From assembly GCA_963789265.1 (NCBI GenBank), contig CAWBKB010000001.1, positions 1,632,001 through 1,696,000 on the forward strand: 64,000 nucleotides of DNA, read 5' to 3'. The notes under the pieces were generated by a model. It was not told the origin of the DNA. It made no database searches and was given only the letters and a program-made list of their open reading frames with translations. This DNA comes from an uncultured delta proteobacterium. GTDB taxonomy: Bacteria > Desulfobacterota > Desulfomonilia > Desulfomonilales > Desulfomonilaceae. This document shows, piece by piece, positions 9,944 to 19,531 of this stretch (positions are counted from its first letter, which is position 1; each line of letters opens with the position of its first letter). Made by a program: the position numbers and the translations under genes.

Positions 9944-10816
9944 ATGCAACGCATCACCTGTGTGCCGCTTGTCTTAATGGGCAATAACCTCGCGGCTTTA
10001 ATGACGCAACTTTTCCGTGAAGGCATCTATACATATAACGATCTGGCCCGGGATGCACATTGGTTAATTCAGAGCCTTGAACAGTGGGGTGCTGATACTA
10101 TTTTTTCGGGTATATCAAGCAAAGCCGAGGCAATTGGTTTGGCGGCGACACTAAAGGAAAAAACCGGTTCCGATTTTCTCAAAGAAAACGGAACGAAGGA
10201 ATTGGATCAAAAAGAAGGATTGATTTTGACAATTCAACACTTCACAAATTCTCTCTTTTTTGACCTGAATTTGGCCGAATCGTACATGATTACTCAAAAA
10301 CGAGACCGTAACATGAGTATTTTGATATATTCAGCGGAACAAGCTTTAAGTAGGCGAACTATCGAACAACTATCTGAATCCTGTCTTAAAGATATAAAGG
10401 AAGCTGGTAGATGTTTGGCGTTTGACCTTCCCACTGCTTGCGGGTTCCACATATTCCGAGCGTTAGAAACGGTCGTTCTGATGTACTTTCCTGTTTTGTA
10501 CATCCCTTATCCAGATGAAAAGAGACGGAATTTAGGGACTTACATTTTGCTACTTAGAGGCGCAAACCAGTATGGGAACAAAGATGCACAGAAAAATTTA
10601 ATATGCAGGGAAGGCGCCCTGAAAGTTAATAACAAAATTACTGGGATGCTAACCCATTTGAAAGATGTTTACCGGAATCCTTTGATTCATCCAGAAGTGA
10701 CACTTACGGATGATGAGGCTGTGAGCACATTTCAGTTCGCTATCAGCGCTATCGACGTAATGGTCCACGATATTATAGAGTGGAAGGCCGTACTCGCTGC
10801 AAACGTGTGTCAATGA
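9944..10816 (+). CDS. HEPN-domain (DUF4145-like) protein, putative RNase
   Basis: EAGRCLAFDLPTACGFHIFRALE helix and Rx4H motif RNPLIH; GGAGG before ATG 9944. Confidence 0.65.
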   Translation: MQRITCVPLVLMGNNLAALMTQLFREGIYTYNDLARDAHWLIQSLEQWGADTIFSGISSKAEAIGLAATLKEKTGSDFLKENGTKELDQKEGLILTIQHFTNSLFFDLNLAESYMITQKRDRNMSILIYSAEQALSRRTIEQLSESCLKDIKEAGRCLAFDLPTACGFHIFRALETVVLMYFPVLYIPYPDEKRRNLGTYILLLRGANQYGNKDAQKNLICREGALKVNNKITGMLTHLKDVYRNPLIHPEVTLTDDEAVSTFQFAISAIDVMVHDIIEWKAVLAANVCQ

Positions 10817-10832
10817 CGAAAGGACGTTACTT

Positions 10833-11807
10833 ATGAACCGGCCAATCATTTCCAAGCCACATTTCCAAAATGAAGACGCTGCTTACGCGTATATCGAAGC
10901 CCGGATATGGCCTAATGGTCCAGTATGTCCTCATTGCGGCGCTACTGAGCGTATAAGCAAAATGAGGGGCAGCGCAACTCGGATCGGAGTCTACAAGTGC
11001 TACGTGTGCCGGAAACAGTTCACCGTGAAGATCGGAACCGTTTTCGAGTCAAGCCATATTCCGCTTCGCCTATGGCTTCAGGCCATTTCCTTCATTGCCG
11101 TATCCAAGAAAGGCATAAGTTCTAATCAGCTTCACAGGATGTTAGGCATTACTCTGAAAAGTGCGTGGTTCATGAGTCATCGTATCCGGGAAGCTATGAG
11201 GAGCGGTGACTTTGCTCCTTTCGGCGCGAACGGCGGCGCAGTCGAATCAGACGAGACTTTCTTGTGGAACGAGCCCGGCAAAGAGGTGAGAAAGGGGTAC
11301 GCACACAAACGCAAAATTCTGTCTCTTATTGATCGCGAATCCGGTCGGTCACGCAGTATGGTTGTGGATAGTGTTGATGCAAAGACTATCGTTCCAATCC
11401 TCCAAGAAAACATCAACCGGGAAGCGCGGGTCATGACCGACGATGCAGGTCAATACTGCCACATTGATGAAAACTTTGCAGAGCATGGCATGGTTCAGCA
11501 CAGCAGCGGTGAGTATGTCTCAAAAATGGACCGCACCATCCACGTCAACTGCGCCGAGGGCTTCTTTTCGATCTTCAGGCGTGGAATGAAGGGCATTTAT
11601 CAGCACTGCAAGAAACGGCATCTTCACCGTTACCTAGCCGAGTTTGACTTCCGATACACCAACCGTTGTAGCAGACCCGAAACTAAGAAGAGGGCTGCTC
11701 GGGACGGTTTTGACGACGCTGAGAGAGCCGATATATTGCTAAAAGGTGTGGTAGGCAAGCGGCTTACCTATCAAACAATTGATCGGCAGATCGGAATCAT
11801 GCAGTAA
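10833..11807 (+). CDS. IS1595-family transposase
   Basis: Zn ribbon CPHC..CYVC, HTH (GISSNQL..AWFM), DET/TDD/N..EGFF, YLAEFDFRY. Confidence 0.93.
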   Translation: MNRPIISKPHFQNEDAAYAYIEARIWPNGPVCPHCGATERISKMRGSATRIGVYKCYVCRKQFTVKIGTVFESSHIPLRLWLQAISFIAVSKKGISSNQLHRMLGITLKSAWFMSHRIREAMRSGDFAPFGANGGAVESDETFLWNEPGKEVRKGYAHKRKILSLIDRESGRSRSMVVDSVDAKTIVPILQENINREARVMTDDAGQYCHIDENFAEHGMVQHSSGEYVSKMDRTIHVNCAEGFFSIFRRGMKGIYQHCKKRHLHRYLAEFDFRYTNRCSRPETKKRAARDGFDDAERADILLKGVVGKRLTYQTIDRQIGIMQ

Positions 11808-11956
11808 TGAGAAAAAAGAAGAAGCCGATACCGGACGATCCAGAGCAGTATCCGCGGTTCGTAGAAGCAGCCGAAGATCAATTCAACGAAGACGCAGAAG
11901 AAAAGTTTGAAGAGGCAATCAAGAAAATACTTCGACCAAAACAACCAGAACCCTAA
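11807..11956 (+). CDS. 49-aa protein overlapping the transposase stop (not in ORF track)
   Basis: TAATG overlap; MRKKKKPIPDDPEQYPRFVEAAEDQFNEDAEEKFEEAIKKILRPKQPEP*. Confidence 0.65.
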   Translation: MRKKKKPIPDDPEQYPRFVEAAEDQFNEDAEEKFEEAIKKILRPKQPEP

Positions 11957-12049
11957 GCAAGGTTCAGATCCTTAGTTGTGAAAATTCGCGCGGGAAGCGG
12001 AGTTCCTGTTGACTTTTTTGTTTACTCCTGGCATACATCCCTCTTTAGA

Positions 12050-12250
12050 ACTACAAATCGGCTAAGAAGGCTGCCAGGCTCACACTTAGCCGATGAGCAA
12101 TGTTCTTCTCGCCGCTCTTTTGCGGCCAGGTATCAAGGGGAAACAAGGAGTCTATAATGTCGCCTACCGCGCTAGGATGAACCCCTAGCTACGTTCAAAC
12201 GTAGGATGGGGAAACATTCATCCAATGTCATGCCCCACCCGCTGTCTAGC
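12050..12250. ncRNA. Candidate structured RNA inside the IS
   Basis: Consecutive stems 12057-66/12085-94, 12111-26, 12171-89, 12189-204, 12207-37; no long ORF. Confidence 0.4.
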
Positions 12251-12314
12251 TTCTTCTTAGAACATGGCAGGATTCCTGTCAAGTTTTTCGGGAGAAGTGC
12301 GCGAGGAATGAAAG

Positions 12315-12653
12315 ATGAACAATACAGTTGAATGGTCGGGATATCTATTCCATGTCTGTGATTACGAAGGATTATGGAAGAACGTTGGAGGCATTTATCT
12401 TTTTACTGGTCTTAGTCTGTGGAGCTGGAAGTATCCTCTGTATATTGGGAAAGCGAAGAATTTTCATGAGCGCATGTCGGGTCATGAAAAATGGGCCTTG
12501 GCGGTGGCGCTGGGGGCCACCCACGTCCATGCGCTAGTGGTTGACTCGGAGTTCCAGCGCATGCTGATCGAGCATCATTTGATTCAGGCTTATGATCCGC
12601 CACTAAACAAACAGTTACCAGCAAATCCTTTTGCATGGGCAACTCCATACTAA
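12315..12653 (+). CDS. Small standalone GIY-YIG nuclease
   Basis: GGIYLF..LYIGKA..R...H..E..LI..Y.P.LN. Confidence 0.75.
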   Translation: MNNTVEWSGYLFHVCDYEGLWKNVGGIYLFTGLSLWSWKYPLYIGKAKNFHERMSGHEKWALAVALGATHVHALVVDSEFQRMLIEHHLIQAYDPPLNKQLPANPFAWATPY

Positions 12654-12669
12654 CTTAGTTTCAGACGGG

Positions 12670-12698
12670 GGGGATGGTAACATAATTCCATCCCCTTG
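12670..12698 (+). terminator. Hairpin after the GIY-YIG gene
   Basis: GGGGATGG/CCATCCCC 8-bp stem, short T tail, just inside IRR. Confidence 0.5.
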
Positions 12699-12837
12699 TC
12701 GCGGGTTTGTAAACTATAATATCGCCTTAGAAAAGGGGGACTTCGATCTCTCTCGGCCTGCATTCACCTCTTGAAAAGGAACGAAATTGCCTTAAGTTAA
12801 CGCCTATGAGCGAGGCACAGGACGGCTCCCCGCATTA

Positions 12838-13617
12838 CTAAGTTGTTCTAGGCAAGACCTGTCCAAGCCAATCCTTGACATATCCTGCAACATCTTGCCA
12901 GCCGGGCTCCCCAAGGACCCAGTGAGCGTGATTCTCGAATTCTTTGTAAACTGAGACCGCTTGGTATTTCTTGGCTACTTGCCGAACAACAGAAGCAGGC
13001 GTAATCCTGTCTTCGGCTCCCGCAACGACCAAAACCGGGCAAGTCACCTTTGATTCGTCGACTCTGCACGCCTTTTTGCCATCGAAGAGCCAGTATCCGA
13101 TTTCACTCGCTGCCCGCCCCGACTCATAAACGAACTTTGCGTAGGCTTCTTTCTGCTCGCTGGGTGACAGCAAATGCATCATTGAATAAGCTGCCTCATT
13201 GAAGGTCTGACGCATCGGCTTTCTCCAGAATCCCCATGTGGTCTGCATGCTCCAGAAGCTTTTTATCACGGACGGCTTCAGAGCTAGAATCCCGGCAGGC
13301 GATGCAGGCGTCAGCAGAACCAGGGCTTTGGCCAACCCTCGGCTGCCCAAGATCTGGGCCAGCAGTCCCCCCATGGAGTGCCCCAGGATAATGGGCTTAA
13401 CACCGAGTTGCTGGATTTCCTTTTCCAGATCTTCGGCATAATCCAAGATACTGGTCGTCCCAAGCCGAGGATCGGGAGCAGCCTTGGGATCCATATCGTG
13501 GTACCGCAAAGTAGTCGTGACACACTGGTAGCCTTCTTTTTCCAGGATGCTCTTGTAGTTTTCCCAATGCCATGCCCCACCCCACATGCCGTGAATCATA
13601 AAGATGGTCTCAGTCAT
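12838..13617 (-). CDS. Alpha/beta-fold hydrolase
   Basis: HGMWGG, GHSMGG, D..ITP, NHAH. Confidence 0.9.
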   Translation of the reverse strand: MTETIFMIHGMWGGAWHWENYKSILEKEGYQCVTTTLRYHDMDPKAAPDPRLGTTSILDYAEDLEKEIQQLGVKPIILGHSMGGLLAQILGSRGLAKALVLLTPASPAGILALKPSVIKSFWSMQTTWGFWRKPMRQTFNEAAYSMMHLLSPSEQKEAYAKFVYESGRAASEIGYWLFDGKKACRVDESKVTCPVLVVAGAEDRITPASVVRQVAKKYQAVSVYKEFENHAHWVLGEPGWQDVAGYVKDWLGQVLPRTT

Positions 13618-14152
13618 GCTTCCCTCCCTGCCGGTTCAGCCCCACTTTGGGGCTCGATCCAACTTATGTTTGGATGGTTTCCAGATCAGCCTATTGCTGG
13701 ATCTTGCTTCCAGACAACACTCTCTTTAGGATTTGGTGTTTACCTTTTCCTACCAGCGGTTTACAGAGTGAATGAAATCTCGAGGTGACGATAAATCCTA
13801 TTTCCCATTGTGTTTAGACGTACAACACCGTCGTGAACCGGTCAAGAACAAACAGCATGGTAAGGGGAGAATACGCGGCAATGTTCCACGAAGAATGCCC
13901 GATTTCTCATACCAGTTCGAAATCGGTGAATGCAGCACGGATCTGACAAAGCCCTGATCCGTGGCACCCAAACACCCAGGACCTGATATTGACCGGACGC
14001 TGGGTGCCACTGACCTGAGCGCCTCCCCGGCGGCAGGTCAGTGCCCTATTGTTGAAAGTGACTTCGACAAAGCCCTTGATTTTTGCTCGCCCGCCTACTA
14101 TTGATTCTCGAACAATTGTGCCCCACGCATGGAATCCACCGGAGGAAAGGAG

Positions 14153-14593
14153 ATGAACCCAGGGAAGTCAAGCAAAGCGATCTTGCTGTTGGCCGCTGCA
14201 CTGGTGCTATCGACTTCTACGCGTGCCTTGCCGCAAGGTGAAATACTGGAATTCCACTGCCGTTCGTGCAGCTATTCCGAGCGCTTTGTCCAAGGATCGA
14301 ACGCGGAAGAAGAGTCACGAAACGTAGAAAACATAATTGTCGTCTGCGAGCGCACACATCAAATACGCAGCGTCAAAATAGCGGTGAACTCCAACGTGCC
14401 TGTCAAAGGGGAACCCCTTTTGGCCAGACAGTTCGGCGAATGCAAGTCCGACCTTCTCGATGCGAAGCTCCCGATGTTCCTGGTGCCCGGGAATACCTGC
14501 CCCCTGTTTCCTGTGACAGCCTATCTTGAGCGCAATATTTGTCCGATTGACGGAAGAGTGGGTTTTGATTTCTCCATAGTGGGCCGTTTTTGA
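14153..14593 (+). CDS. Hypothetical exported Cys-containing protein
   Basis: RBS AAGGAG, signal-peptide-like N-term, CxxC and further Cys. Confidence 0.6.
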   Translation: MNPGKSSKAILLLAAALVLSTSTRALPQGEILEFHCRSCSYSERFVQGSNAEEESRNVENIIVVCERTHQIRSVKIAVNSNVPVKGEPLLARQFGECKSDLLDAKLPMFLVPGNTCPLFPVTAYLERNICPIDGRVGFDFSIVGRF

Positions 14594-14634
14594 ATTTGGG
14601 GTAGACCTCAGGTTGGCTCACTGAACGTCGTTCT

Positions 14635-14900
14635 CCGCGTACGCAGTCTCGCGTTTCGCGGGACAGACTGGACCCCGGATCGGAGTCCGGGGTGACGGCA
14701 TGGAGGCATATCTAGCGGATGTGGTGATCCCCGAGGAACGCGGGAGAACCGCATCGCGAGACAAGTGGGACAGGCATCCTGCCTGTCAACTAGACAGGCA
14801 AGATGCCTGCCTCACCATTCCTCGTCCGGCCATATTCATGCCAGGGGTCGAATGATGCGGTTCATCCCGCGAGATGCTAGATTCACCACATCCTACCGCT
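14635..14900. repeat. Cluster of REP-like palindromes
   Basis: GACCCCGGATCGGAGTCCGGGGTGAC; GACAGGCATCCTGCCTGTC..GACAGGCAAGATGCCTG (also ~51802-51861 and ~60100); CCGCGTACGC. Confidence 0.7.
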
Positions 14901-15009
14901 TCTCGCAATAGCAGATGTTTGATACTCCGTCTGCGTTTGAATGACTGCTGACACAAGTACTCTGCGGAATTGCACCGGACGACACGGATGACGGTCTTCT
15001 CGGACTTTT

Positions 15010-15667
15010 CTACTTTTTGGGTAAACCCACCGTCTGGGCCCCTATGATCTTTTGGTCGGGCTTCAACTTCAGTGCTTCTCGCAGTTTTGGTTTGTCGATG
15101 CTGAGTCGAAACACCGTAGCCAATCCCGCAGAAGCAGAATACAGATAGACATTTTGCCCGATGAAGCCCGTTTCCAGTGCTGCTGTGAACATCTTGGCAT
15201 CTTCAGGGCCGCTTCCGGCTTTCGCGAGATCCGTGACATACACAAGGTTGATGGCAGCATTCTTTACATAGGACTGCGTGCCCGTCAGTGCGCGGATATC
15301 CCCCGAAGCCACCGGAACCAAAGTGTTTCCCTTCGCATCATAGCGATACACTCCCTGGTCGGTCGTCACATAGACGTCAATGTCCTGGCGATTGTACGCG
15401 GATGGCGCGGTTCGTTTGCCTGAATCGGGCCGGTTTATTCCCCATGCGGCCCAGAGAAGGTTTGAAAGAATTTGAGGCGAGAGATTCCCACTGCCGTACC
15501 TCCCGCGTGGTCTTCCTCTCCTTTAATACTTGTATCAATGGCTTGCTATGATCGAGTTTCGGCGCAGGCAACTGGATCGGTTTCAATTCATCTCCGAAGG
15601 TTGGCAGCATAAAGCCGACGCAGAAAATCAAAGATGCGAAGATCGAGATAAGTGTCCTTGTTTTCAT
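15010..15667 (-). CDS. SagB/ThcOx-type nitroreductase, +1 frameshift near 15499 (probable sequencing error)
   Basis: Removing one base restores RKTTREYGSGNLSPQILSNLLWAAWGINRPDSGKRTAPSA; C-term ETGFIGQNVYL. Confidence 0.8.
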
Positions 15668-15973
15668 TTTTTCCTCCTGTACAAATTAGCATGTCAGTAC
15701 CCTTATACATTAGCGAAGGTGTATGTCAATTTCATGCCCGGATTCTCCTGAATCGTGCTCACAGCTTCTCGAATGTCCAATGATATTCCGGTGCTTAAGT
15801 GCCTTGCTGAAACTTTCCAAAGGATTCATGCATCTCAGCTTGTAGATGCGAGCCCCGAGAGACGACCGGGGTATGAGGTATTTTCCATGCCCATCTGTGA
15901 CTTCAGTGATAGAACATGCCTCCCGAGCCGGGACAATGAAGCCTGGCAGAAGCGAAAAGAGTAGGGGAGATCA

Positions 15974-17047
15974 TTGTCCAATGAGACCTTCCACTCGTGG
16001 GTGTGCAACGTGGTTCCGCGAGCAATTTCGTCCCGATTATGGTTAAAATGCGCCCCTCACGAGGCCCATCAGGGGAAAATGCATCATTCGAACGGTCGGT
16101 TCAAGAATGTTAATGATTGCAAGGGAGCAAGTTTCATAGACTTTCTCAGATGGCGGTTTAGCCGGCTTGGCAAGAGTCCATCGAGGAAAGGAGTCAGCGA
16201 TTTCCCCATGGCCCGCAACGATCCGACGTTTCTGAAATCTAATCAAAGCGAGATCACACTGACCTGGATCGGCCATGCGACTTTGCTTCTGCAGATCAAC
16301 GGAAAAAACATACTCACGGACCCGCACTTTTCCCAACGTGCTTCGCCTGTCCAATGGGCAGGCCCACGCAGGGTCGTTCCGCCGGGGTTGGCGCTCGGCG
16401 ATCTCCCGGCAATAGACATGGTGGTCATTTCTCACAATCATTATGACTCGCTGGATACCGGCAGCATAACCAGGCTCTATGAACGTGACCACGGCCCAAG
16501 CACAACATTCTTTGTGCCGCTGGGCCTTGGCCGGTGGTTCAGAAATCTCGGAATCAGCCGAGTGATCGAACTGGATTGGTGGGACCGGTATGAAGCCGGA
16601 GGCTTGGAAATAATAGCCGTGCCCGTTCAGCACTGGAGCAAGAGACTACTGGAATCGGCCAACACGACGCTGTGGGCAGGTTGGATAATCAGATCAAACA
16701 GTTTTCGTTTCTTTTTCGCGGGTGATTCCGGATATGCATCTCATTTCAAAGAGATAGGGCGCAAGTTTGGACCTTTCGACCTTTGCGCCACTCCGATTGG
16801 GGCGTACGAGCCACGCTGGTTCATGCGTGCCCATCACATGAATCCCGCAGAAGCTGTTCAGGTTCACCTGGATGTGGGGTCCAAGAAATCGGTTGGAATA
16901 CACTGGGGAACTTTTAAGCTCACGGACGAACCTCTTGACGAACCCCCCGAGAAACTTGCTAAGGCCAGAAGAGAAAAAAACATTCCCGAAGATGAGTTCC
17001 TGGTTCTCAAACACGGACAAACCATCGTGCTGCCGAACTCCGGCTGA
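15974..17047 (+). CDS. MBL-fold hydrolase (NAPE-PLD/RomA-like), start uncertain
   Basis: WIGHAT, TDP.FS, SHNHYD, QHWS.R, FAGDSGY, PIGAYEPRWFM, IHWGTF. Confidence 0.88.
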   Translation: MSNETFHSWVCNVVPRAISSRLWLKCAPHEAHQGKMHHSNGRFKNVNDCKGASFIDFLRWRFSRLGKSPSRKGVSDFPMARNDPTFLKSNQSEITLTWIGHATLLLQINGKNILTDPHFSQRASPVQWAGPRRVVPPGLALGDLPAIDMVVISHNHYDSLDTGSITRLYERDHGPSTTFFVPLGLGRWFRNLGISRVIELDWWDRYEAGGLEIIAVPVQHWSKRLLESANTTLWAGWIIRSNSFRFFFAGDSGYASHFKEIGRKFGPFDLCATPIGAYEPRWFMRAHHMNPAEAVQVHLDVGSKKSVGIHWGTFKLTDEPLDEPPEKLAKARREKNIPEDEFLVLKHGQTIVLPNSG

Positions 17048-17572
17048 CGGCTTTACGACCAGTCTGCTGTATCAACTCCCCCCCTTTGAACGGGAGTTTG
17101 AGCCCCATTTCAGGTCAAAGGCGGCTCAGACCTGTTATTTTCTGCAGCGCCCAAAAGTCGCGCATCGGGCGTTTTCTATGCCAACGTGATCGGGGGTGAA
17201 GACTACCGGCCGAGCCCTGGTTTCCGCGAGGGCAATGTGCAAACGATGTTCCTCTGCACACGCACACTCCGGCAAATTGGCTACGGCTTCAACATAGCCT
17301 CGTTCCCCAAACTCTTCGGCTCCGGATCCTATTTTCTCGCCTGCGTTCATTTCAGCCTCCAATTCAGTTCAATTGTCCATTATCTCATTTACCTATTTCT
17401 CATTTATAGTCTTGCAATAATCCTAAGCATTGAACATCCCACTGGCAAGGAAGTCGAGGTATCGCGGCAAACAAATTGGGCACGAGAACGGGATTTCACC
17501 GGAAAGCTTGCTTGTAGGCATGCGCTCCCTGTGGTATCCTAATTACCAATTACGAATAGAGGGGGAATTATT

Positions 17573-18385
17573 ATGAAGAAAATTGCGTTTTTCGCAGTGT
17601 GTTTTGTTTTCACAACGATCGGAGTTTCCGGCGCCGCACAATCGGACAAATCGGAAATCAAATTGCTGGTGCCGAACGTTACTCTGATTCCGAGCCAAGA
17701 CGTTAAGTCCGGAGAGACAATGTTTGGCTTGTACAACACCGATCTTGGTTATGTGCTGCTCCCTTCAAAGATCGTCGTCGAATCCGGCGTAGACGACCGG
17801 TGCCGGAAAAATATGAAAGTCCGAGTTGAGGGCGAGAAGCAGCCTGTCCTTCTTGTCTCGGGATTGTCCTCGCTGAAGAGCGGCAAAGTTAAGACCGTGT
17901 TTTCAGGACGCAGATTCTTGTTCCCCGGTGAGTCTTTCGTCTTAAAGAATGACGAGCAGGAAGGAGGATGCCCTCCTCCTCTGAGCGACCGTTACGTTCT
18001 GACGGCTTTGGGCCGAGCAGTAAATCATGCCGACAGAGACCTGATTTACGATTACGCTGTGAAAATGTCTCGCCGCGGCCAAAGCCAGACGCTGGAATAT
18101 TACAAGGCCGCGGAGAACGCACAGCCGGATCGACCGACTCAATACGGCATTCTGGACGTGACGAACCTTCCTGGGAGATGCCACCCTGAGGATGTTAAGC
18201 GGGTTCCTGTGCTGACATGGGCCGGAGATCTGGACAGAGACGGAAAGCCGGATCTATTTATGTGGTGGCCGTGCCCCGGCAAAGATGCGGGTGTGCAAGA
18301 GCTCTTTCTCTCATCTAAGGCCAAGGGTACTGATTTTGTAGAGAAAATTCCCTCGGTCGTCCTAACTCCACCATTATGCAAGTGA
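17573..18385 (+). CDS. Exported hypothetical protein with an FG-GAP-like motif
   Basis: Signal peptide; WAGDLDRDGKPDL. Confidence 0.7.
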   Translation: MKKIAFFAVCFVFTTIGVSGAAQSDKSEIKLLVPNVTLIPSQDVKSGETMFGLYNTDLGYVLLPSKIVVESGVDDRCRKNMKVRVEGEKQPVLLVSGLSSLKSGKVKTVFSGRRFLFPGESFVLKNDEQEGGCPPPLSDRYVLTALGRAVNHADRDLIYDYAVKMSRRGQSQTLEYYKAAENAQPDRPTQYGILDVTNLPGRCHPEDVKRVPVLTWAGDLDRDGKPDLFMWWPCPGKDAGVQELFLSSKAKGTDFVEKIPSVVLTPPLCK

Positions 18386-18491
18386 CTGTTTGGGGAATTT
18401 CCGGTTGTGTTGGGTGGCCTTTGGCTGCTTGCATGATCCAGTTTCTATGACGGCCCCTGTCAAGACGTGGCAATACTCCCTTGAAAGGGCG

Positions 18492-19460
18492 TTAGTGTTG
18501 ATTGTTGAGAAAGGCAACCGCCCTCGACTCCGACCAATACTCTCCTAATCGGTTAAATGCAATGAATCCCACATGACCGCCGAATTCGGGAAGCTCGAGA
18601 AAGAAGGACTTGCTCTCTCGTGCTTCTTGCACCGGATAGGCAGCTTCGGCCAAAAATGGATCGTCTGCGGAATTGACCAGCAGGGTGGGGATGGAGATTC
18701 TGGGTATAAATGGTCTGCAAGAGCTCTTTTCATAGTAATCCAGAGCGTCTTTGAAGCCGTGAAGAGGGGCCGTGTAATGATCGTCGAACTCCTTGAGTGT
18801 TAAGATTTTATTGTAATCTTTGTCATTAATCAGATCCGGCATGATCCGTTTCTTCATCTTAATCTTCTCATGCAAAAGTCGAAGAAATCGTTTGAGATAG
18901 ATTCCACCTCCCGATTTCGTGATTTTTTCTTCGCACGCCGTCAAATCGCATGGCACGGAAAACGTAACCGCTTTCTTGATGGAGGGGTGAAGGCTCGTGG
19001 CCTGCTCTCCCAAGTATTTCAGCACGACATTGCCTCCCAAGCTGAACCCGATGAGAGCCAGATTCGAGTACCTATTTGCGGCAATAATGTGCAAAATCAC
19101 GGTGTGCAGGTCCTGTGTGTCGCCGCTGTGATAAAAGCGCGGCTTTTTATTGCACTGGCCGCTGCATCCTCTGAAATTCATTGCCACCGCGTCCCAGCCG
19201 GCATGGTTGACTGCCTTAACCATCCCCTGAACGTAGGAACGGCTTGAATCACCTTCCATCCCGTGCAGAACGACGGCCAGTCGATCTGTGCCGCGTGTTG
19301 ACCAGTCAAGATCCAGGAAGTCGTTGTCCGGCGTGTCGATTCGTTCCCGCCGGTAATTTACATTCGCGACTTTCCGCAGGAGGCTGGGCATTATTGTCTG
19401 GACGTGAGCATTAGAACAGAGCATTGGAGGTGAATAAGCGGATGGATTGATTACAGGCAT
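18492..19460 (-). CDS. YheT-family alpha/beta hydrolase
   Basis: HGMEG, FRGCSG, GFSLGGN, DDPF, GGHVGF. Confidence 0.9.
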   Translation of the reverse strand: MPVINPSAYSPPMLCSNAHVQTIMPSLLRKVANVNYRRERIDTPDNDFLDLDWSTRGTDRLAVVLHGMEGDSSRSYVQGMVKAVNHAGWDAVAMNFRGCSGQCNKKPRFYHSGDTQDLHTVILHIIAANRYSNLALIGFSLGGNVVLKYLGEQATSLHPSIKKAVTFSVPCDLTACEEKITKSGGGIYLKRFLRLLHEKIKMKKRIMPDLINDKDYNKILTLKEFDDHYTAPLHGFKDALDYYEKSSCRPFIPRISIPTLLVNSADDPFLAEAAYPVQEARESKSFFLELPEFGGHVGFIAFNRLGEYWSESRAVAFLNNQH

Positions 19461-19531
19461 GCTATTAACTCCCGAGGACCTCGGCCCAGTGACCTGGAGT
19501 CGAATTGAATCCCGCCGTGCGAAGGACTTGA

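Larger units (their letters stand above)
9850..12726 (+). mobile_element. IS1595-family element with passenger genes
   Basis: IRL GGCGATATTATACTTGCCAAACCC (9850-9873), IRR GGGTTTGTAAACTATAATATCGCC (12703-12726), 21/24 match; TTAGAAAA duplicated at 9842-9849 and 12727-12734. Confidence 0.93.
9746..12808. mobile_element. IS4-type MITE, copy 2 (inverted), interrupted by the IS1595 element
   Basis: Halves 9746-9849 and 12735-12808 rejoin into the reverse complement of copies 1/3; ends CATAGGCGTTAAGTTAA / TTAAGTTAACGCCTATG; flanks AGCGAGGCGCT / AGCGAGGCACA (9/11). Confidence 0.85.

Noticed and set aside
14630..14900. CRISPR-like array in the repeat clusters
   Set aside because: No regularly spaced identical repeats with unique spacers; no cas genes
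17135..17350. Small minus-strand ORF with GGAGG RBS
   Set aside because: No recognisable motif; cannot support it as a gene
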